NCBI RefSeq assembly: GCF_000143415.4
Contig: NW_003314268.1
Location: forward strand, 2,310,494-2,374,493
Length of the DNA: 64,000 nucleotides
Source: Selaginella moellendorffii
Taxonomy: Eukaryota; Plantae; Lycopodiophyta
Direction: 5' to 3'
In this document: piece after piece, positions 1-11,084 of the stretch
How the letters are laid out: every line of letters begins with the position of its first letter
Position numbering within the stretch: position 1 is the stretch's first letter
Made by a program: the position numbers and the translations under genes
The notes under the pieces: model-generated
What the model was told of the DNA's origin: nothing
Seen by the model: the letters and a program-made list of their open reading frames with translations, nothing else
The model's database searches: none

Positions 1-680
1 CCACCAAAACATTTTATGCTAGCAAGGTAATCTGGTCGTTTCTAGGTTTGCTTATCACATGCTGTCCCAGTCCAAAGAAGTATTGCTGCAAATAAATTCT
101 AGGAACAGTCACAATAATCAAATTGAAGAATTACAAAACCTGAGAAAGAATTGGAAAGATTCATGCAATGTCCTCTTTACAGCATGGATGAATCAGAAAG
201 TTAATTCGGATTCTATGAGAGGAGCTAGTTTGCTCGTGTCGAAAAACACGACAACAAGCCAAACAACTAACCTGACATTCAACAAGCCAGCATAAGCGCT
301 CTGCTGGCTCCTAATTTGCAAATTGTACAAGCATCATCCGGGGATTTAGCTTGCCGCCTTAAAACTGGAGAAAAAAACTAAATTACACATGATAAACACC
401 AGCGCATACGGAATAATGCGCGTCGTACGGACCGGAGAAGAAAGGTGAGGTGTCTGATGATCGCCCTTTGCTAGGCTTGGATGGCATTGGCATTGTTCTT
501 TCTCTTGCTGCGTTCTGTCTATTGTGAGCTCCTAGCAACAAGATCTAGAGAGAGCTCTTCCAGAAATATTGATGCTCCAGAACTGACAAATATATCTTTA
601 ATACGTTTGTATACATGCAAATTTACCCTTAAAAATATCTTAGTAATGTAAATGGTATCTTGAAAAGAAAACCAACATTT

Positions 681-1638
681 TCAAGATACCAGTTTGTATC
701 GTCCTGTCTGCCGGTGCCACTCAAGGTTTCCGGATATAATATGAGACAAGCCTTCCAGGTAAGCCTCCATTGCACCATTGTAGCAGCTTGATCTTCTGAT
801 ATTCTCGCACAGCTTCTTGAATCGATGCTCGATACTCTGCACCAGTTTTTGAACTTTGTCGGCTGCATACTCGAAAGAAAAGCCCTTTGAATCCGAATTG
901 CCGCATGGACGATATTGAACTGAGTATCGCCAGTTGCACTGTCCACCAGGAAGCAAAACAAGTCGTTGACACAACTTACGTGGTCTGCAACCAGACTTTC
1001 AGCCTCTTGGAGGTCCTGATTTGAAATGGCGTCGTCCTGGAGTTCGAATCCCATGCCATACTCCATTAGAGTTTCCATAACAAATACACCAACTAACATG
1101 CGACGGTGAGCCAGCAGCTCCTCCAAGCCCATCACCGTTTTCAGATTCCTTAGCCTCACCTGATTCACACTTGCCTTCAACAGCTCGGACACTCTGTTGG
1201 CAAATCGCTGGTACTGCTTGAGTGGCATATCTGCACGTAGATCATTCCACATATCACAGAACCGTGGAAATTCCATATCTGCCACGGGTTCCGGGGCATG
1301 GATTATGCCAAGGTAGCTATCAACAAGCCTCTTGGCACCTCCCAAGTCAGCTCCCAGGCCCTGCAAGTCGTCAAGGATATCATCAACATGGAAGCACCAA
1401 CAGGCAAGCTTGCACATATTCTCAATTCTGGCATCATCAGCAACAGGGATCAAAATGCAAGTGGCTAGAACTCTTTTCTCAGCAGCAAGGCATTTCCTAC
1501 TTTCGGGTTCCCTTCACCATGCCCAGGCTCCAAAGTTGCAGCCCAATCTTCCAAGCCTGGACGAATGAAAGAATACAGAGGGTGGCACTTCACAGGGAAC
1601 GAACACTGCACATTTGGAACGAAATCGTAGGGAGCCAT
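681..1638 (-). pseudogene. MTPSL: Microbial-type terpene synthase-like (MTPSL) gene with two apparent frameshifts
   Basis: ATG at 1638 (MAPYDFVPN...). Class I TPS motifs are spread over three frames: DDILD, a degenerate NSE motif NDLFCFLVD, and C-terminal WHRQTGRY (WxxxxxRY) before the stop at 681-683. Frame changes fall near 1500 and near 890. Confidence 0.85.
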
Positions 1639-1828
1639 TGGAAACCACACAACAAGCAAGCTCAAAATGCACTCGCAAATGGACACTGGGTTTTCCTGAA
1701 CTTTCCATCTTCACAGACCTCCTCTTTATAATAGCGTAGGTAGCCGGACTGTTGTTTGGATGGTGAGGGCCTTCCAAAGTCTTAGTGCTGGAGGACATTT
1801 ACTCCGTCCAGCACGAGCAAACTATAAG

Positions 1829-1946
1829 GCTGGACCACTTTGTGTTAAAAGTAGAGGTTCTAACTTCACTGCAATTGGCCAGAAATTTGTTCAGTACTAA
1901 TTTCTGTGAAGTTCGAACCTCTAGTTTTAGCACAAAGTGGTCCAGC
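1829..1946. repeat. Fold-back element with 41-bp inverted arms (MITE-like or hairpin RNA)
   Basis: Left arm gctggaccactttgtgttaaaagtagaggttctaacttcac matches the reverse complement of gtgaagttcgaacctctagttttagcacaaagtggtccagc with 3 mismatches. Confidence 0.75.
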
Positions 1947-2504
1947 ACTTTATTGGGTAGGTAGGAAACATGAAAAACATAAACATCGTTGAAAGGGATG
2001 TATGGCTCTTAGAGGTAGACATGGCAACTTTAGGAGTCCCGTAAGTCCAGAGTGGTTATGTGGTTCAGGTTAACCTTAATAGAAACAATTGAAAGTAGAA
2101 AAGTTGGTGGAGCATTTAATATCTAAAATCATTGTTGCGCTTGAAATTATTTTAAATAAGAATATATTTTATAATGCGTGGGTGGGATATGACTAATACC
2201 AAAATCATGTTCTTATATTTTATTTGATTTAATTATATAAACTATTTGGACATTTATTTAAGAAAAAAAGAAGATTTTTTTAGGGATAAAGGTTTGAGTA
2301 ATATAAAAAACCATTGATAAAGTAAGTTGCACTCTAAAGGATGAAAAAACTTCTCCTATAAGTTTCATTAAACACAATTTGTTATGTGATGTTAATGATT
2401 ATAATTTTTCCCTCTATGAATGTTTTGCTAACCTGCCAATTGATAATGACCATAAATGTTTTATTCTATTTTTCCTCTCATTCACCTGACTCTTTAAGTT
2501 TTTT

Positions 2505-3170
2505 ATTGATTTGCTTAAGCAAATCTGTAGGGGAGTGCAATGCCTAGAATATGCTTGAATATTCTAGGATATTCTACCATCTGATAGTTGTTATTCATTG
2601 ATTAATTTGTATTTATAATTTATAAATTTTTCTAAACACTTTCTAGTATATTCTACCATCTAATAGTTGACATTCAATAAGATTAATCCTGTGTTTATAA
2701 ATTATAAATATGTTTTAAATAATAAACTTCCATTTGATTAATTGAATTAATACATAAAATCAAGCAAACCAAGCATTGCTACATGTAACATGCACAATTT
2801 TTGGTTTGCTTAAGCAAACCTATAGGGGACTGGGATGGTAGTGGATATACTTAAAATATGCTTGGATATTCTAGTATATTCTACCATTTAACAGTTGTTA
2901 TTCATTTAGATTAATCTTGTATTTATAATTTATAAACATGTTTATAATTTATAAACTTTCTTAAACCTTTTCTAGTATATTCTTTTTTATTCTACCATCT
3001 AATGGTTGATATGCAATAAAATTAATCTTGTATATATATGTCTGAAGATCATGCTCTGACAAGGGAATGCTTATAATTATAAACTTTATTTGATCAATTG
3101 GATTAATAAGTAATAATAACACTAGTATTAAGAAAACTAAGCGTTGTTACATGCAACACGTAACAATTTA
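2505..3170. repeat. AT-rich imperfect tandem duplication (~300-bp unit with internal tattctaccat subrepeats)
   Basis: ttgcttaagcaaa..tagggga occurs at ~2511 and ~2806; tattctaccat occurs four times. Confidence 0.55.
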
Positions 3171-3560
3171 TTATTTATTTATTAGTTTTTTATTTAGATA
3201 ATTTGTTGATCCTTAGATATTTTCATTGTTTTTGTGATGCTTTTTCTTTAAAAATGCATATAAATAGAAAAACTATTATCACCAAAAATCATGATAACTT
3301 GATGCAGTTATAATATTGATCTTCTTTTATATGAAAGATTGGTATTTCAAGTGTTTTTTCAGATTCTATTTGTTATTCTATAATCCTCAGGCAAGCAGCA
3401 ATACAATTCCCAGTATTACAATGCCTTCTACATAATCATTCATTGACGCAACAATCTATTACAATAAGGAGGAGTTGCCGAACTTTTTGGGCCGCTGGAT
3501 CCAGCCAATCACAGCTGTCCGATGGGGTGTTATTTTTTTAACCATGCGAATAATCGTGTC

Positions 3561-4060
3561 AAAACAAGCACAGGGTCTACTTCCCCACTGCCAAGAGCGT
3601 TACTTGGAGGCTAGAAGAGAGTGTTTCCGCGGGTGTTGGAGTTTCTATATGGGAGATTGGCCAAGGCTTGGAGCATTTCTTCGACCTCTTGTAAAAATGT
3701 CTTGCGTGGTATCATTAAAATTCCAAACCATCTGAGGAATTACGATGCAACAGTTGTCTAGATCTTGTCAACTATGGCCATGGCCGCGGACGCAATTCCA
3801 CTCACCCAGAAGCGGAGCGTTTTCTCAGCTCCAGCAGCGCTATCCCTGCCACTTTGATTTCATTCCATTCTCGTCGGGCAGGAGAGTTTGTCCTGACTAT
3901 CCACTGGCGATGAGATCGTTTTACGTGGCCAAGTTTGCTCCAGGCATTCGGTTGGCGTCCTGCTAACCCGGGCGGGATCGACATGGAAGAGTCCACGGCA
4001 AGTATGGCGATGAAGCTCAATGCCGCCTTGCTTGTAAACCCGGTTCGATCAAAATATCAT
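3561..4060 (+). pseudogene. Internally deleted tandem copy of the downstream P450 (upstream region + ATG context + 3' heme-binding region)
   Basis: 3561-3730 duplicates 4161-4315; atggccatggcc at 3775 matches 4401; 3810-4040 matches 5684-5940 (FDFIPFSSGRRVC) with indels. Confidence 0.8.
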
Positions 4061-4400
4061 TTAGACATCTGTTTAGGATCAATTTGTTAAGGTGGTGGAG
4101 CTATTGTTGGCGACCAATTCTTGGAGCTTCTGATCCCGGGATTGCACTACTTTAAGTTTCAAAACAAACACAGGTTCCCCACTGCCAAGAGCGTTTCTTC
4201 CAGGCTAGAAGAGAGTGTTTCCGTGGGCGTTGGAGTTTCTATATGGGAGGCTTGGAGAATCTCTTCGACCTCCTGTCAAAATGTCTTTGACTGGTATTAT
4301 TAAAAATTTAAACCATGTACGGGGCCATCCAGCGGAGACGGCAAGGTGCCTTGCGAACCCCGCCCACCGGGGTCTTCGTTGATCCTAAGTTCTCTACAAT

Positions 4401-5958
4401 ATGGCCATGGCCATGGAGATCCAGACCTTTGAAGCAATGGACTTAGGTGTGGCTTTGTTCGTCCTGGGCATCAGCTGGATCACACTATCACTCCTCATAG
4501 GGAGAATTCGATCGTCGCAACAGCGGCGGCTCCCTCCAGGTCCATTCTCTTTCCCCATTTTTGGAGCGCTCTTCTCCCTCGAGGAGCCACTCCACCAGCA
4601 CTTTGCAAAGATCAGCAAGAAGTATGGGCCGATTGTCTACCTCAAGATCGGAATGGCCCCGTTCGTGGTGGTGAGCAACAACGAAATGGCTGCACAGGTT
4701 CTTAAGACCCACGATCTCGAGTTTGCAAGCCGGCCGGACGACGAGTTCTTTCGGATCATCAGCCACGACTGGAACGATCTCATCCTCGGGCCTATAGGTG
4801 ATAAGTGGAAGACCATGAGGAGGATTTGCAGCACACACCTGTTTAGCAACAGTATGCTCAAGACAAGCGCAGGATTCCGGGAGTCGGAAATGAAGCATAC
4901 AGTCAAGTCCATTTTCCAGCAATCCGAGACAACGATCAATTTGCAAGAGGTTTTCAGTAGTCTCTTGTCGAATTCGCTATGCCTGGTTCTTTTTAGCGAG
5001 CGGGGGCTGGAGGTCATGGATCTCAGCCAGAAGATATCATCTCTAAGCTTGCACCTGAACATCGGTGCCCTGCTTCCGGCACTTGACGGGCTGGATCTCC
5101 ATGGAGTCTACAAGAAACTCAACAGGGAGCTCATGCCCCGCCTGAAGCTCTTGCTGGAAGATCAAATCGACAAGCATCGACGCAGAAAAGATCAAGCTGG
5201 GGACGGGTTCGTCCCTCGAGACTTCACTGACGTTCTTATATCTCTCGAGGACAAGGATAAATTGCCAGACATTTCCATTTTGGCACTGCTCTGGGTAAGT
5301 TTTACCAGCATCGTGATTTCACTTCTTGGGACAGGACATGGTTGTTGCAGGGTTGGAAACTTCACTAGTGACGCTCGAGTGGACAATGGCGGAGCTCATA
5401 AACCATCCCCGTGTCGTGTCCAAGACTCAAGACGAACTGGACAGCGTTGTAGGGAGAGCCCGCGCGGTGCAAGAGTCCGATCTTCCAAACCTTCCATACA
5501 TCGATGCCATTGTCAAGGAATCACTGCGTCTCCACCCGGCGGCCCCACTGGGAGTTCCTCACAAGAATCTCAAGCCCGTCAACCTGGGCGGCTACACCAT
5601 CCCCGCCGGCTGCAAGGTTCTCGTCAACATATGGGCCATCGGACGCGATCCCGCTCGCTGGTCCGACCCAGGAACGTTCCAGCCGGAGCGTTTTCTCGGC
5701 TCCAGCAGCGCCATCAACGGGCAGAACTTTGATTTCATCCCATTCTCATCGGGCAGGAGAGTGTGTGCCGGCTATCCACTGGCGATGAGATCGATCGCGT
5801 TTTACGTGGCCAGTTTGCTCCAGGCATTTAATTGGCGTCCTGCTAACCCGGGCGGGATCGACATGGAAGAGCGCACGAGAAGTATAACGATGAAGCTCGA
5901 TGCTGACTTGCTCGTGAACGCTTCCATCAGGCTCGATCAAAATATAATTTGCAGCTGA
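4401..5958 (+). CDS. Cytochrome P450, CYP71-clan (A-type), 2 exons (4401-5294, 5335-5958), 505 aa
   Basis: N-terminal TM anchor, PPGP hinge, I-helix AGLETS, KESLR (ExxR), PERF and heme motif FSSGRRVCAG. A 40-nt GT-AG intron joins the two ORFs in frame. Confidence 0.95.
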
Positions 5959-6055
5959 GCTTTAGGCATGCGATGAAACTGTTTAGCGTTGAGATCGCGC
6001 GTTAATAAATTTAACTATTTATTATTAAACTTTAAGTTCTTTATTAATAATATAA

Positions 6056-6073
6056 GCTGGACTAGCTCATCAA

Positions 6074-6104
<31 letters not shown>

Positions 6105-6129
6105 AGAGGTTCGAATCCTCTTTCCAGCG
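6056..6129 (+). tRNA. trnN-GTT: tRNA-Asn(GTT), probably a pseudogene
   Basis: Acceptor GCTGGA/TCCAGC, anticodon arm TGTGG-CTGTTAA-CCACA, T-loop GGTTCGAATCC. The D-loop GG is lost (catcaagtt), acceptor pair 7 is mismatched, and no oligo-T terminator follows. Confidence 0.75.
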
Positions 6130-6287
6130 TAAGACTCTGATAGCCAATGGAGGCAGCCAAACTGCATGGGGTAGGAAGGCGCTGCAACACATGTCACATG
6201 CCGATGTGTTGGATCGTGATTGCGGCTGTTATCTGGGCATTGAGATTGCTCGAGCACCAGCAGCAGCCCAAGGAGAAGTTGATTTCC

Positions 6288-7510
6288 AAAAGGATTGATT
6301 CTTTCTATGAGAGCTTCAACTTCAGTGGAAGGAGAAGTTGTGGATGACAGCTTGTTCCTGGGGAACAGCTGTGCTGGAAAAGAAGGAATCTCGAGCAAAA
6401 GGATTGATTCTTTCTATGAGAGCTTCAACTTCAGTGGAAGGAGAAGTTGTGGATGACAGCTTGTTCCTGGGGAACAGCTGTGCTGGAAAAGAAGGAATCT
6501 CGAGCAAAAGGATTGATTCTTTCTATGAGAACTTCAACTTCAGTGGAAGGAGAAGTTGTGGATGACAGCTTGTTCCTGGGGAACAGCTGTGCTGGAAAAG
6601 AAGGAATCTCGAGCAAAAGGATTGATTCTTTCTATGAGAGCTTCAACTTCAGTGGAAGGAGAAGTTGTGGATGAAGAGGCAATTTGTGCCTCTGTTGCAG
6701 TAGCTCGACAATAGTTTGTTCCTGAGGAACAGCTGTGCTGGAAAAGAAGGAATCTCGAGCAAAAGGATTGATTCTTTCTATGAGAGCTTCAACTTCAGTG
6801 GAAGGAGAAGTTGTGGATGACAGCTTGTTCCTGGGGAACAGCTGTGCTGGAAAAGAAGGAATCTCGAGCAAAAGGATTGATTCTTTCTATGAGAGCTTCA
6901 ACTTCAGTGGAAGGAGAAGTTGTGGATGACAGCTTGTTCCTGGGGAACAGCTGTGCTGGAAAAGAAGGAATCTCGAGCAAAAGGATTGATTCTTTCTATG
7001 AGAGCTTCAACTTCAGTGGAAGGAGAAGTTGTGGATGAAGAGGCAATTTGTGCCTCTGTTGCAGTAGCTCGACAATAGTTTGTTCCTGAGGAACAGCTGT
7101 GCTGGAAAAGAAGGAATCTCGAGCAAAAGGATTGATTCTTTCTATGAGAGCTTCAACTTCAGTGGAAGGAGAAGTTGTGGATGACAGCTTGTTCCTGGGG
7201 AACAGCTGTGCTGGAAAAGAAGGAATCTCGAGCAAAAGGATTGATTCTTTCTATGAGAGCTTCAACTTCAGTGGAAGGAGAAGTTGTGGATGACAGCTTG
7301 TTCCTGGGGAACAGCTGTGCTGGAAAAGAAGGAATCTCGAGCAAAAGGATTGATTCTTTCTATGAGAGCTTCAACTTCAGTGGAAGGAGAAGTTGTGGAT
7401 GAAGAGGCAATTTGTGCCTCTGTTGCAGTAGCTCGACAATAGTTTGTTCCTGAGGAACAGCTGTGCTGGAAAAGAAGGAATCTCGAGCAAAAGGATTGAT
7501 TCTTTCTATG
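6288..7510 (+). repeat. Tandem array of 109-bp (x7) and 146-bp (x3) units in the order A-A-A-B-A-A-B-A-A-B, derived from copia gag
   Basis: Anchor aaaaggattgattctttctatg starts at 6288, 6397, 6506, 6615, 6761, 6870, 6979, 7125, 7234, 7343 and 7489. The last copy runs directly into gag (EKKESRAKGLILSM). Confidence 0.95.
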
Positions 7511-8594
7511 CTTGCAGATGCCCTTATGATGCGTTTGCGTCATAAGAGTGCTTGTGAGATCTGGGCTCATCTTCAGAACAAGTATGCTGTTCTTTCCCTC
7601 TCCAAGATCAGCATGGTCGAGACTTGCATTCGTGAGACCTATTTTCATCCAGGCGAGAACTTTGAAGAGTTCCTCGCCAAGATGCAAGATCTGTGGATGG
7701 AGCTTGAAGGCAGTCCAGCGGTGTTCAACGAAAGCAAGAAAGTTCTAGTGCTTTGCGAGGCCATGCAAGATTCTTCTTTTAGTTCTTTCGTCCCTACCGT
7801 TCGCATGATGTTGCTCAACTTTGAACAAGCTGAGCAAACTTTATGCTCGGAGCTGGCTGCGAGAGGTTTGATTGTGGACTTTGATCAGAGGCCTTCTCAT
7901 GTTTTGATCTCACAGTCTACATCAAATGTTTCTGCATCAAGCAATCAGTTAGGGACTGATTCAGCTCTGTGGGCTGGAAATCATCGAGGCAAAGGAGGCC
8001 ACGGAAGAGGAGGACGAGGCAGAGGTCGCGGGTTTAGGGGAAATCCGCAGCAGTAGCAGAATTCAGGGAATTCTAGTAAAGAAGCAGCAGTTTGAGATTG
8101 TTTTGTGGGCAAGAACAAACAGGAATGTTGGACCTGTGGGATGCCAGGACACTACTCTAAGGATTGCCCAGTTGCAGCTTGGTTGGGGGATGGTCCAAAG
8201 TTGAGTTGAGCTCATGAGTTGAGCTCAATTCAGCTCAAGTCAATGCTAGTCAACATAGTCAACCATAAGTTTTATAAGGAAATATTAAGTCAGAAAAATG
8301 TTATTCTTTGGTGAACTTGAAATTTATGAGTTTAAGTATCAATGGTTCAGAGAGATTTTTATTTTTTGAATCTTTCTAATGCAGTTTATACAATTTCTAG
8401 AATTAGAAGTTCGTCTGAACCCATAGAATTTTTTGGGCTTTATTGGTCCCAAATAAAATGGGAATATTGAAGTTCGAATGAACCAGAAAATTTCTATTGT
8501 CCATTTTAACATTTTAACATTTCAACAATTGACCAGAAATATATAAATAATTCGAAACACTGATTCACTCGTTCATTCTTTAGGGTTTACAGAG

Positions 8595-8840
8595 ATGGGA
8601 AGCAAGGAAGACAAAAAATCTGTAAGTAGTTCTAGCATACAGAAATGTGAGAATGTGAATTTTGTTTCACTACCACAATCTCCATATTACACGCCTGGTC
8701 CTTATTACCCATCTGGGAATGTGGAGACCACTGTCACTATTGATAAAAATGCTCCTGTTACTTCCGAAACAACAATCCAGAGCAAGAGAAAAGAAGAAAT
8801 GGATAGCACAGCGGAAAGCACTAATAAATCCACTCTATAA
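8595..8840 (+). CDS. Small hypothetical ORF inside the MULE (81 aa)
   Basis: ATG ORF about 50 nt downstream of a TATAAATA motif; no recognisable domain. Confidence 0.25.
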   Translation: MGSKEDKKSVSSSSIQKCENVNFVSLPQSPYYTPGPYYPSGNVETTVTIDKNAPVTSETTIQSKRKEEMDSTAESTNKSTL

Positions 8841-9281
8841 ACCTTTCAATGGCTTTTGTAATCCACTAAAATATTATAAAAAAATGTAAGTTTTTTATAT
8901 ATATCTTATTCCTTTTGATATGTTTTGTCTTTGCAAAGATATATGATGTAGACAAATCAAAGAATTAAATCTATATATGATTTTGGGATTGAAAGGTAAT
9001 CTTGTAAAAAGGCATACTCGCGTGCTTGTGTATATTCGCTATTATTATATATGGCAGGCCAACTATATAAAATAAGGCTACATATTAATTATATGCTAGT
9101 TTTTAGCTTCTGAAACCCTATAGCCACTTGTTTCTCATAGTAGGTTGTAATTACTAAGACTGACAATTATCATTCACTATAGTGTCATGTCATAATAAAA
9201 CATCATTCCCGAGATTGAAATATAGTATATTAATGAGAGAATTTTTATTGCTAGGAAGTTTAATTCTTCTTGTGTGTTGCA

Positions 9282-9836
9282 ATGGTTAGGAAGAAGTTTA
9301 CTTTTGGTCCCGAAGGCCTCTCATATGAGTCTCCACCTCCATCTCCAATCTCAACCAATAATCCACCTTCACCTCTACGCAACAATTCTCCTTTTCATTT
9401 TGAGGGCTGTTGTGAGGCTTTTCCATTTGCGACCTCGAGTGCAACTGAACAAAAACTTCTTCCTTATGATGTTGATAAAAAAGTTAGATTGCCTCCAATG
9501 CTTCAAGAGCGATGTCAATATTTTCTTCAAGATCTTGCTCCTGATATGGCAGGGGAGCTTAATGTAGATACATATTATCTTCAGTGTCCTATATGCAACT
9601 TTTATTTAAACAAGACAGATGGTTGCATGGGTTTGGTAAATTTTATTGAGCATTGTCGCAAATGCCCAAGAGCGGGTTTGGAAGGTGTGCACGCGTGGAT
9701 GTATAAGAAAATCAAGAAAGAATTAAAAACACACAGCTATTATGATTTCATGGTGGAGAACAATATTCCATTGGTGAACACTGCATCAGTAAGTGCTGAA
9801 TATGGGATATTTAGGCCACCCTTTAATGTAATGTGA
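9282..9836 (+). CDS. MULE cargo protein with zf-XS-like zinc finger (paralog 1)
   Basis: Intronless ORF with CPIC...GLVNFIEHC...GVHAWMYKKIKKEL; clearly paralogous to 10095-10643. Confidence 0.7.
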   Translation: MVRKKFTFGPEGLSYESPPPSPISTNNPPSPLRNNSPFHFEGCCEAFPFATSSATEQKLLPYDVDKKVRLPPMLQERCQYFLQDLAPDMAGELNVDTYYLQCPICNFYLNKTDGCMGLVNFIEHCRKCPRAGLEGVHAWMYKKIKKELKTHSYYDFMVENNIPLVNTASVSAEYGIFRPPFNVM

Positions 9837-10094
9837 AAGTCATGCATAGTTTTTTCAAAAGGTTAATTCTTTATGAGTAAAGTGGAGAATCTTATATTTT
9901 CGAGAATGATATTATTCTAGCATGTATAAAGATATTATTATATATACAAGTGGTTCTGACACTGTTATAATTCTGAAGTCCCATTTTTGAGACTGACAAT
10001 TTAAACTTTCAAGAACCCCTAGATCTTTTCTTAGTATAAATACCAACAAGGGATGCTTTCAACATTGAAATTTCAGTTTGTTTAGAGTGTAGGA

Positions 10095-10643
10095 ATGGCT
10101 AGGGAAAATGCTATTGCTACTCGCACTTGGCCCCCATGCATCTCATATGAGTCTCCACCTCCGTCTCCAACTTCTACCAACATTCCACCCTTCCCTCCAT
10201 ACATCAATCGTTGTGAGGCCTTTTCTTTTGTAGCCCCAAGTGTGACTGAACAAGAGATCCCTCTTCCAGATAATGTTCTAGATGTTGCTACTAAAGATGG
10301 ATTGCCTCATGTGCTTCAAGAGCGATGCCAGATGTTTCTTCAAGATCTTGCTCCCGATATGGTTGAAACTTTTGAAAGAATGAACACATATTATCTCCAG
10401 TGTCCCATCTGCTACTTTTATTTAGATAAAACGGAAGGCTGTATGGGTCTAGAAACTTTTCTAGAACACTGTCACAACTGCCCAAGAACTGGTGTGGAAG
10501 GTGTGCACAAATGGATGTATAAGAAAATCAAGAAAGAGTTAAGAACACACAATCATTATCATTTCATGGTGAGGAACAATATTCTGTTAGTAAATCCTAC
10601 ACCCACAAGTGCTGAATATGGTATTTTTAGGCCATCCTACTGA
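10095..10643 (+). CDS. MULE cargo protein with zf-XS-like zinc finger (paralog 2)
   Basis: TATAAATA at ~10035; shares SYESPPPSP, LQERCQ.FLQDLAPDM, YYLQCPIC, EHC, GVH.WMYKKIKKEL and SAEYGIFRP with paralog 1. Confidence 0.72.
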   Translation: MARENAIATRTWPPCISYESPPPSPTSTNIPPFPPYINRCEAFSFVAPSVTEQEIPLPDNVLDVATKDGLPHVLQERCQMFLQDLAPDMVETFERMNTYYLQCPICYFYLDKTEGCMGLETFLEHCHNCPRTGVEGVHKWMYKKIKKELRTHNHYHFMVRNNILLVNPTPTSAEYGIFRPSY

Positions 10644-10774
10644 AAATTCCAGCCACTAATAATTCTTACACTATGATATTATTCACCCCCCCCCCCCCCC
10701 TCTCGCCTTTTTTTTATTAACAAAATTATATTACCTATAGATAATAAACTGATAATACTAGTAATTATGAAATT

Positions 10775-10905
10775 TGACAGACTGACACTGTAACTTTGTC
10801 ATCTTTGACACTGACACTGTCTCTGTCACTGACACTATCACTGTCGCTATCTGCTACACTGACACTGTCAGTGTCACAATCATTATCACATTGACATGTG
10901 ACACA
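10775..10905. repeat. Cluster of short (C)TGACA(C) / TGTCA(C) motifs in both orientations
   Basis: gactgacactgtaactttgtcatctttgacactgacactgtctctgtcactgacact...gacactgtcagtgtcac. Confidence 0.5.
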
Positions 10906-11084
10906 TCTTTCTCATTGCATTCAATTGTCTTTTAATGTATCATTAATAAATAGATTTTTCATACCACTCCTCAATTTACATATTGCATATGATGTGCTAT
11001 GCATACCTAGGAAGACTTCTAGAAAACTAAATATATATTATTTATAAGTTTTTAAAACATCATAAATTACCTCCTAGAAGCAAC

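Noticed and set aside
1-495. Possible first exons of a minus-strand gene (MPMPSKPSKGR...)
   Set aside because: Splice-like signals exist, but I could not build an open, recognisable product.
6056-6230. tRNA-derived SINE, or tRNA acting as the copia PBS
   Set aside because: The downstream repeat occurs elsewhere in the window without the tRNA head, and no poly-A/T tail, TSD or adjacent LTR is visible.
6288-7510. Regular repeat array resembling a CRISPR, and its many 61-79 aa ORFs
   Set aside because: There are no unique spacers and no cas genes; whole units repeat in tandem, the context is eukaryotic, and the ORFs are by-products of the repeat.
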